A DNA stretch of 64,000 nt from positions 4,480,001 through 4,544,000 of the forward strand of contig OZ254086.1 in assembly GCA_965267575.1 (NCBI GenBank), read 5' to 3'. The DNA comes from Calditrichales bacterium. GTDB lineage: Bacteria; Calditrichota; Calditrichia; Calditrichales; J004. Shown piece by piece: positions 56,770-64,000 of the stretch; position 1 is the first letter of the stretch; every line of letters starts with the position of its first letter. Below the pieces are notes generated by a model. The model ran no database searches. It was not told where the DNA came from and saw only the letters and a program-made list of their open reading frames with translations. A program made the position numbers and the translations under genes.

Positions 56770-58368
56770 TTATTGAGGTGACTTTTCCCAGTCATCGGCG
56801 GTTATACCAAAAACACGTTTGAACTCGGAATCGGTCATTCCGGGCATAAAGCCGTTAAATGTCGGGTCCGGGAAAATCCAGGTACTGAAACTGTTGGCCT
56901 GCCAGGTAAGAGCGGGTACATATGCCCGGAAAAGCGTTCTTTCCTTAGCATGATACACATAAAACTCTTCTGTAATAATGTAATTGCCGGCAGTGAGGCT
57001 TTCTCCCCATGATACGTCTATGTAAATATATTTGATATTGGGCTTGGCCATGAGCGCGGTAACAAGGCTGTCAAAGGCAGTATCAAACCCGGGAATATCG
57101 ACATTGCTGTCGAAATAATCATAAGCCTGGCCGCCACCATACCAGGAATAGCTGCGGTTGTAATAATAGTAATTATCTTCGGAGACGCTCAGTTCAGCCC
57201 GAACAGCCATATCCTCTTCGAAGCTCTCGTAGCCGCTGGTCACATCCACCCCAAAAACGTTAATGCTGTAATTGGGCAGCTTGGCTTTTAGATCAGCGAT
57301 CGGGTTATCAAACAGTTGCCCGTAATCCAGGCTGATCGTTTCATCAGGTGTGGCGGGATTATCATCCCAGTCGTCCGTAATAGCCTGTGGCCCGGCAAAC
57401 ATGTTGCGCGCCTCATCGATTTGCTGCTCGATTTCGTCGATCTCCCGTTGCGAGCCGTCCAGCTTAATCAAATCATTGTCCTGCGGATCGCTTTCGTTCT
57501 GCAGGAAGTCTATGCCGGCTTCCATCTTATCCAGCGCTGTAAGCAGCGAGGACTTGGCGTTATTCATCGGTTGGCCTCCGCGACGCAAACTCAGAAACGT
57601 GCCGCCTTTAGAAAATGCGCTTATCGCCTGCAGGCTGTCATAGCCCCAAATGTCCACATTATAAGAAATGGTGAAATTAGCCATGGCATTGAGCATGTTG
57701 ATATAAAATTCCAGAACATAAATTTCGGTCAGATCGATCTCCACCGAGTCAGCGCCGGGGTCGCCCTGCATGCGCGGTGATACCATATAAGTGTAATCGG
57801 GGTTATTGTCAATACGGTCCAGGGCTTTGATCGCTACATCGAGCCTGGGCAATAGTGCCGTTTCGATAACACTTTGAATATCGTTAAAAGTCGGCGGATC
57901 CTGCAGTGCTTTTTTAGGCAGATTTACAAGACCGTACGCAAGTCGCCTGTGCGGCATTTCCACACCTTCAAAAGAGACCGGAAAAAGTGGCTTAAACGAT
58001 GAAGTGCTTTTGCCAAGCCCTTCCACTGAAGTCCCGAAATAGGATTCCCAGTCAAACACCATATTATTAAAATCGTCATCCTGAGTGATCATCAGCAGGC
58101 TGGTAAGAGCCAGGCCAAAATTGGCATCCAGGTTGTTGGGATCCTGCTGGTAAGCGCGATTGAAAAAATTGTAAGGTCTGCTGAAATTTATATCACGATG
58201 GTCATCCACACCGCTGTTGATCATATAATAGAGCACATCTTCCAGGGCGGCGTTGGCCGAATCAACCGTCGCCCGGGCCGCGTTTGGGTCTGGACCGCTT
58301 GATGTTTGTTCGCTGCAACCCGCTATAAAAAGGGCCGCGGCGATTATGGACATGTAAAGTTTATTCAT
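56770..58368 (-). CDS. Hypothetical acidic lipoprotein
   Basis: Lipobox FIAGC; ggaggt RBS; TPR-like segment near the N-terminus. Confidence 0.75.
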   Translation of the reverse strand: MNKLYMSIIAAALFIAGCSEQTSSGPDPNAARATVDSANAALEDVLYYMINSGVDDHRDINFSRPYNFFNRAYQQDPNNLDANFGLALTSLLMITQDDDFNNMVFDWESYFGTSVEGLGKSTSSFKPLFPVSFEGVEMPHRRLAYGLVNLPKKALQDPPTFNDIQSVIETALLPRLDVAIKALDRIDNNPDYTYMVSPRMQGDPGADSVEIDLTEIYVLEFYINMLNAMANFTISYNVDIWGYDSLQAISAFSKGGTFLSLRRGGQPMNNAKSSLLTALDKMEAGIDFLQNESDPQDNDLIKLDGSQREIDEIEQQIDEARNMFAGPQAITDDWDDNPATPDETISLDYGQLFDNPIADLKAKLPNYSINVFGVDVTSGYESFEEDMAVRAELSVSEDNYYYYNRSYSWYGGGQAYDYFDSNVDIPGFDTAFDSLVTALMAKPNIKYIYIDVSWGESLTAGNYIITEEFYVYHAKERTLFRAYVPALTWQANSFSTWIFPDPTFNGFMPGMTDSEFKRVFGITADDWEKSPQ

Positions 58369-58588
58369 AAGAATACCTCCGATGGATTTTAAGCCATCTA
58401 ATATACGTCAAAAAACAGCATTAAAATGAGGTTTTTTGCAAAAGAAAGTATCCTCATGTAATAGCCAAACCCAAAAACAAAAAAGGCCCCCGAACAAACG
58501 GGAGCCTTCGAGGGGCAAAACCAAATATATTAAACCATTATTATACTTTGTGTACTCTGTGAAATCATCTGAGCCCTCTGTGGTTGCC

Positions 58589-59449
58589 CTAGCGCACAAG
58601 CAGCATTTTGCGCGTTTTCACAAACTCGCCGGCGCTAAGGCGGTACAGGTAAACCCCGCTGGCCATGCCCGATGCATCCCACACGGCGCGCTGCTCGCCG
58701 GCCTGTTGACGACCGCTTACAAGCTGCTGCACCAGCCGGCCCGTGGCATCAAATATTTCAAGACGAACGTCGGCCGCTTTTGGCAGGTTATAACGAATGG
58801 TGGTAGACGGGTTAAACGGATTGGGATAATTGGCCTCCAGGCGGAAGTCTTTGGCCCGCTTCACATCATCGTTCAGAGAGGTAGCTGTGATCAGCGAAAC
58901 ATTATCAATATAAAAGCCGGCGCCATAATCAAAGTTTTCGTCGGCACCGAGGCTAAATGTAATCTGAACATAGGCCACATCGTCGGAAGATGTGCCACTG
59001 TCATAATCAAATGGTATCGAAGCTTTTGTCCAGCCGGCGTTCACTGTAGCAAAGGAATCTTGCGCGGCGCCGATCAACCCAAAGCTGGCATCATATAACA
59101 GGGCCGATGCGGAAATTGTTTCAGTACCGCCGGACGAACGTTCCAGCTTATAATAAAACTCAAAATCAGAATAGCTACCCGTGAGCGGGTAAGGTGTGCC
59201 GGACCCTCCAAGACTCACCGACGGGAAATAGGGGTTGTTAAAAAAAGAAACAATTTCTCCATGTACGGATAAACTGCCGTCCTGGGCATCATCGGACTGG
59301 GTTATGTTAGTGGCTCCGGAAATATTCGTAGTCCACCAGGTAGCCGGGTCGTCGCCGGACCAATCTTCAAAACTGTGATTGGGTACCGGATTCTGGGCCA
59401 GTGCCAGCCCCACGAAAAACAGGAAAAGAAATAGAAACAAGCGGCGCAT
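58589..59449 (-). CDS. Secreted protein with galactose-binding-like domain and C-terminal sorting domain
   Basis: PNHSFEDW, FYIDNVSL beta-sandwich hallmarks; NYPNPFNPST, ASGVYLYRL. Confidence 0.8.
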   Translation of the reverse strand: MRRLFLFLFLFFVGLALAQNPVPNHSFEDWSGDDPATWWTTNISGATNITQSDDAQDGSLSVHGEIVSFFNNPYFPSVSLGGSGTPYPLTGSYSDFEFYYKLERSSGGTETISASALLYDASFGLIGAAQDSFATVNAGWTKASIPFDYDSGTSSDDVAYVQITFSLGADENFDYGAGFYIDNVSLITATSLNDDVKRAKDFRLEANYPNPFNPSTTIRYNLPKAADVRLEIFDATGRLVQQLVSGRQQAGEQRAVWDASGMASGVYLYRLSAGEFVKTRKMLLVR

Positions 59450-59595
59450 AATGCCTCCTCTGTTGTGTTAATGTATTGGTGTGCTAATGTGTTAAAGTGC
59501 AAGTTCAGGCAATCCTGAGCATGATCTTGTTCTTGCTCATGATCATGTACATCAAGTACTTAATCCAATAATTCATCAATCGAGTGGCGGATTCA

Positions 59596-59613
59596 ATCGC
59601 CCGAATGGGGTAT
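59596..59613. promoter_or_regulatory. Putative NarL/LuxR-type operator
   Basis: Imperfect palindrome atcgccc-gaat-ggggtat between the LuxR regulator and the downstream secreted protein gene. Confidence 0.35.
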
Positions 59614-59633
59614 TTTTGGAGGGAAATATTTTT

Positions 59634-60263
59634 TCAGATAAGCCGGTCGCGGATGGCTTTTTTTACGGCCTCGGCGCGGGAAGTGACGTGGAGCTTCCTG
59701 TAGATATTTTTTATATGGGTCCGCACGGTATGCCCGCTGATGTGCAAATCGTCGGCGATGTTTTTATAGTTGGCCCCATCGCACAACAGCTTCAGCACTT
59801 CATTTTCACGCTGGCTTAGATTGCTTTCATCGGCGCTACGAAAGCTTGCCAGCACGCGCCGTGCAATGGCTGCCGACATCGGGGCGCCGCCGGAAGCCAC
59901 CTCGGAAATGGCCTGCAGCAGAGCAGCGGGTGGCGTGTCCTTCAGCAGATAGCCGGTTGCCCCGGCACACAATGATTCAAATACGGAAGTGTCGTCATCC
60001 TGGATGGTCAGCATCAGGCAATCCAGGTCGGGCAGGGTTTCGCGCAGCTTGCGCACACACTCAATCCCCGGGCTGCCCGGCAGGTTGATATCCATCAGCA
60101 CAACATCGGGCGGGTTTTTTACGATCGCCTCATAGGCTTCTTCGGCGTTGCTGTAGGCCTGAGTGCATCTGTAACCGGGGCTGCCGTCGATCACCAGCGT
60201 TAGCAGGTTGCGGATTTCAGGATCGTCTTCAACGATCGCCACGGAAATTTTGGAATCTGTCAT
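59634..60263 (-). CDS. NarL/LuxR-family response regulator
   Basis: IVEDD, LMDINLP, GYLLK, LSQRE.EVL, TVRTHIKNIYRKL. Confidence 0.95.
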   Translation of the reverse strand: MTDSKISVAIVEDDPEIRNLLTLVIDGSPGYRCTQAYSNAEEAYEAIVKNPPDVVLMDINLPGSPGIECVRKLRETLPDLDCLMLTIQDDDTSVFESLCAGATGYLLKDTPPAALLQAISEVASGGAPMSAAIARRVLASFRSADESNLSQRENEVLKLLCDGANYKNIADDLHISGHTVRTHIKNIYRKLHVTSRAEAVKKAIRDRLI

Positions 60264-60298
60264 GTTGCTAACATAGCCCGTGCGTTTAAAGGGGTCAA

Positions 60299-63200
60299 TC
60301 ACTCATTTGCGGTAGGCCGCTTTATTTTCTTGATGACTGAAACGGTGGTGCCTTGACCCGCTTCGGAATCCAAAATAAACCGCGCAGAAGCCTTTTCCGC
60401 CCTTGCCCGCATATTTTTTAAGCCATAGCCGCTGCTCCCGGACTTAACGTCAAAGCCCTTTCCGTCATCACTTAATGTCAGCCTCAGGTCTTCATCATCC
60501 AGTTCAAAAGAAAATGTCATAGATCCGGCGCCGGCATATTTTACAGCATTGTTAACAGCCTCCTTAAACAGCATAAGCAACGAGCGCCTGTCATCGGCAG
60601 CCAGCGGAATCTCCCTGAAAAGATCGGATACGCTGTCATATTTAAAATCGATGCCGGCGGCCGTGCACATGCCATTGGCGAAATCGCAAATCCGCAGCAG
60701 TGTGTCGTACAACGTGTCGTTGCCGGGGTCCAGCACCCAGATAAAATCGCGCATGCCCGAAGAGAGCCGGCGGGTATGGCTTTCGATTTGGCCGAGATAA
60801 TCGCCAAGAGTGTTATCATCCCCGGCATGGCGCCGCGCCAACTCCGTAAACAGGTTTATCTTGGTAATCAGGTTGCCCGCTTCATCATGGAAATCGGCGC
60901 TGCTTTTGCGGCGTACCAGCTCCCTTTCCTCCGTCCGCGCCCGCTCTATGCGCAAACGCTGTTCCTGGCGTCGTGTCAGCCTGCGTTCACGCATTTTAAC
61001 AAGTCCGCCAAATGCTGCGGCAAAACATAAAATGTAAAAACCGTAAGCCCACCTACTGCGCCAGGGCGGCGGTGCCACATCGATACGCAGACGCACTTCC
61101 CTGCTGCTCCAGATGCCATCATTGTTACTGCCCCGCACACGGAAAACATAGCTGCCCGGGTCGAGATTCGTGTACGTCGCCCGTCGTTGATCGGTCTCGA
61201 TCCATTCGTCGTCAAAACCTTCCAGCATATAGGCATGTCTGTTTTTATGCGGCTGCAAAAAGCCCAGCGCCGCAAACTCCAGCGTAAACGCATTCTCGCG
61301 ATAGCCTATAGCCAGACGTTTTTTTTCGATTAGCGTGCTGTCCAGGACAAAGCCATCCGGACCGCTGGTGCCAGCCGTAACGCGCTTTCCGCGAATATAT
61401 AATCCGGTTAGGGAGACCGCGGGCTCAAAGGAGTTGCCTGAAAGACTATCGGGATGGAAAACCGTAAGCCCGTTAATGCCGCCAAAATAGACATATCCCT
61501 GCTTATCCTGTAAGAAAGCATCCTGGTTGAATTCATTACTTTGCAGACCAACTTCTACGTTCCAGGAGCGTATCTCAGGCTGTTCGTCGTCAACCCTAAG
61601 TTGCGCGATGCCGCTGTTTGTGCTTATCCACAACCGGCCGCTGTCATCTTCAACGATGCCATAAACCACATTATTGGGCAGACCGTCGGTTTCGGTATAA
61701 TTTTTAAAGCGAATCTGCTCGTTGCCGGCGTTGTCTTTTTCGATTATCAGCCGGCTTAATCCACCCGCGGTACCCAGCCAGATGCTGCCATCACTAACTG
61801 CAACAAGGCATAGCACCATATCATGCACCAGCGACGCGGGATCGTCAGGATCGTTGATGAAGCGTTCAAAAGTGCCTTTGTCGCGGTCCATGCGGTTTAG
61901 TCCGCCACCCGCCGTACCAACCCAGAAGTTACCGTTGCTGTCTTCCAGCATGTCAAAAATATAAATATGGCTCAGCCCTTCAGGATCGTTTGGTCTGTGC
62001 GGAAAATGCCGGAAATCGTCCTGCACGGGGTCATACAGATTGAGACCAATGGCCCCGGCCCAAAGCCGCTGTTGACGATCTATGTAAACGCTATGAACGT
62101 TCTTTCCCGAAAACGAAGAACCCGGCACATCCGCGCCAAAACGATCGATCTTTTTAATGCCTTTCTGCGGCCGTTGCGGGTCATGAAAATGCAGCCGCAT
62201 AAGCCCGGCCCCGCGCGTACCTACCCAAAGCTGCCCTTTTTTGTCTTCAGCCAGGGAAAGAATATAATCATTGTGCAGAGCCGCGTTTTTACCATTGGCC
62301 AGGAAGCTTTCAAAAAGTCCTTTTCGCGGGTCGTACAGATTCAACCCGGAAGATGTGCCGATCCAGATATGGCCATAGCGTGATTGAATGAGCGGCAAGA
62401 CATTGTGCGCCGACAAACGGTTAGCCCCCTGATTGAAATGAGCAAAGCGCGGCCTGACATGATCGAAGCGGCTAAGACCGTTGCGCGTACCCAGCCATAA
62501 CAGGCCGTCATCGCTGCTGTAAATATCATGTACATAGCTATGGCTCAGCGAAGCGATATCATCCGGCTGATGCTGTATAAGGCGCGGTCCGTTGTGGCAC
62601 AAGCGGTAAGGATTATAGCTTTTGGCATCAGCAGCCGTTGGCATGATTACAACGCCCTGTTCCGTCGCAATCCAGATGCGGCCTGTCTCATCGGCGGTTA
62701 TATCAAGAATGGCGGCAGGGGCCTTGAGCAACTCGTTCACCTCGCTGACGGGGCGCGATTTATTTTCATTAAAGCGGTATTCAAACAAGCCGCTTTGTGA
62801 TGTCCCTATAAGCAAACGATTCTGGTCAATCTGGTACATACGGTTGATGATACCTTCCGGCACATTTCCCTTAAATAGACCGCTTTTGCTACTGCCATCC
62901 TTCGCGGCAAGGTAAATCTCAGCGCCTGTAAGCAATAGCAATTTTTCCTGCCCGGCTTTTTTTGTGATTTGCAGATAGTTGAAGTTTTCTTCTTCCGGCG
63001 GGAAAAAAGTGTACCGGCCGGAATCCGGCAAAAAGCGGAAATAACCATGATCGGTCCCGAGCCACAAAACGCCTTTGGGGTATTCACAAATATCACGAAT
63101 TGAGTTGCTGTAAGAGGGATGGCTGCCGGGGCTGGTGAAGCTGTAGCGTCGGAAGCGATCTGTGGCCCTGTCATACAGATTCAGACCACCACCAAAAGTG

Positions 63201-63496
63201 CCAAACCATAAACGGCCCCGGCTGTCTTCAAAAACCTTCCAGATCCAATTATTGGAGAGGGAAGTGGTGTCGGGCTGGCGGTTTTTATAGACGGTAAAGC
63301 CGTATCCGTCGTAACGGTTTAAGCCATCCTGTGTGCCTATCCACAAAAAACCGCGACTATCTTTAAAGATCGCATTTACGCTGCTTTGGGAAAGACCGTC
63401 ATCCACGGTGAACCGTTCAAAACGCAGGTCGCGCTGAGCCGCTGTCGTGCAAACAGAAAGGAGTATAATAAATAGTGATACAATAAAGGTCTTCAA
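60299..63496 (-). CDS. Sensor histidine kinase with periplasmic beta-propellers, Y_Y_Y domain and HisKA_3/HATPase
   Basis: Repeated D..G.LW.GT..GL; YTNLDPGSY.F.V; DFHDEAG; EAVNNAVKY, DDGKGF, GYGLKNM. Confidence 0.95.
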   Translation of the reverse strand: MKTFIVSLFIILLSVCTTAAQRDLRFERFTVDDGLSQSSVNAIFKDSRGFLWIGTQDGLNRYDGYGFTVYKNRQPDTTSLSNNWIWKVFEDSRGRLWFGTFGGGLNLYDRATDRFRRYSFTSPGSHPSYSNSIRDICEYPKGVLWLGTDHGYFRFLPDSGRYTFFPPEEENFNYLQITKKAGQEKLLLLTGAEIYLAAKDGSSKSGLFKGNVPEGIINRMYQIDQNRLLIGTSQSGLFEYRFNENKSRPVSEVNELLKAPAAILDITADETGRIWIATEQGVVIMPTAADAKSYNPYRLCHNGPRLIQHQPDDIASLSHSYVHDIYSSDDGLLWLGTRNGLSRFDHVRPRFAHFNQGANRLSAHNVLPLIQSRYGHIWIGTSSGLNLYDPRKGLFESFLANGKNAALHNDYILSLAEDKKGQLWVGTRGAGLMRLHFHDPQRPQKGIKKIDRFGADVPGSSFSGKNVHSVYIDRQQRLWAGAIGLNLYDPVQDDFRHFPHRPNDPEGLSHIYIFDMLEDSNGNFWVGTAGGGLNRMDRDKGTFERFINDPDDPASLVHDMVLCLVAVSDGSIWLGTAGGLSRLIIEKDNAGNEQIRFKNYTETDGLPNNVVYGIVEDDSGRLWISTNSGIAQLRVDDEQPEIRSWNVEVGLQSNEFNQDAFLQDKQGYVYFGGINGLTVFHPDSLSGNSFEPAVSLTGLYIRGKRVTAGTSGPDGFVLDSTLIEKKRLAIGYRENAFTLEFAALGFLQPHKNRHAYMLEGFDDEWIETDQRRATYTNLDPGSYVFRVRGSNNDGIWSSREVRLRIDVAPPPWRSRWAYGFYILCFAAAFGGLVKMRERRLTRRQEQRLRIERARTEERELVRRKSSADFHDEAGNLITKINLFTELARRHAGDDNTLGDYLGQIESHTRRLSSGMRDFIWVLDPGNDTLYDTLLRICDFANGMCTAAGIDFKYDSVSDLFREIPLAADDRRSLLMLFKEAVNNAVKYAGAGSMTFSFELDDEDLRLTLSDDGKGFDVKSGSSGYGLKNMRARAEKASARFILDSEAGQGTTVSVIKKIKRPTANE

Positions 63497-63573
63497 CGGG
63501 CGTACCTCTCCTGACAGGTCTAAAAGAGAACGCTAAAAATCGTTATTCAGGCCTTAATTTTCAAATGCTTTGG

Positions 63574-63607
63574 AAAAAAAACAGGTGCCGTGCTTAGACG
63601 GCACCTG
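63574..63607 (-). terminator. Intrinsic terminator after the RRM gene
   Basis: caggtgccgt/acggcacctg stem with a U-tract on the minus strand. Confidence 0.88.
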
Positions 63608-63620
63608 AAGTCAGCATATT

Positions 63621-63893
63621 TTAGTAGCGGGAACTGCGACGCGGTCTTTCTTCGCGCGGGCGTGCCTCATTTACTTTGATGCTGCGGCCGTTCACATCGG
63701 TGCCGTTTAAAGCTTCGATAGCGGCATTGCCCTCATCATCGTTCGGCATTTCCACAAAACCAAAACCTTTGGACTGTCCTGTGAACTTATCCATGATTAC
63801 GTTAACCCTGGATACTTCACCATGTGCCGCGAACAAATCCTTCAGTTCATCATCAGAAAGGTTGTACGGCAGATTACCACAATAGATATTCAT
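63621..63893 (-). CDS. RRM-domain RNA-binding protein
   Basis: RNP2 IYCGNL, RNP1 KGFGFVEM, VNEARPRE. Confidence 0.97.
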   Translation of the reverse strand: MNIYCGNLPYNLSDDELKDLFAAHGEVSRVNVIMDKFTGQSKGFGFVEMPNDDEGNAAIEALNGTDVNGRSIKVNEARPREERPRRSSRY

Positions 63894-64000
63894 ACAATCT
63901 ACTCACTCTACAGACTTGAAAAACAAGCACCGGCATCTAACCAAGTCTACAAATTACACACCGGTGTGAAACCAACCACTGGTTTCCTGAACAGGATTTT

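Overview
Bacterial chromosomal window with a conserved backbone interrupted by accessory DNA. Several secreted proteins end in a 'QNYPNPFNP' C-terminal sorting domain, and the gene content resembles the FCB group or its relatives (Calditrichota/KSB1-like; inference only). Backbone loci are a BCCT transporter, a LytTR two-component system, ric plus an Rrf2 regulator, a TonB receptor/DUF4374/PepSY uptake operon, a complete hisGDCBHAF(IE) operon with a His-rich leader peptide attenuator, a carotenoid operon divergent from a CarH/LitR-like B12 regulator, mutT, a Rieske-ThDP enzyme fusion, a propeller-sensor/LuxR two-component system and an RRM protein. The carotenoid operon encodes a cyclase, two desaturases, CrtB, an acyltransferase, a glycosyltransferase, a TonB receptor, CruF and CrtW. 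The most unusual signals are non-coding. (1) A small GIY-YIG nuclease gene sits inside an oriented array of nine bipartite palindromic units, and a two-gene cargo has been inserted into that array. (2) Two tandem GxxExxY nuclease genes are each bracketed by 27-bp inverted repeats. (3) Three separate cargo blocks are flanked by diverged 40-95 bp direct repeats with no integrase nearby. Also present are two toxin-antitoxin loci (one frameshifted), an AT-rich NACHT NTPase island with an IS1595 remnant, and an attC-like remnant. No rRNA, tRNA or CRISPR array was recognised.
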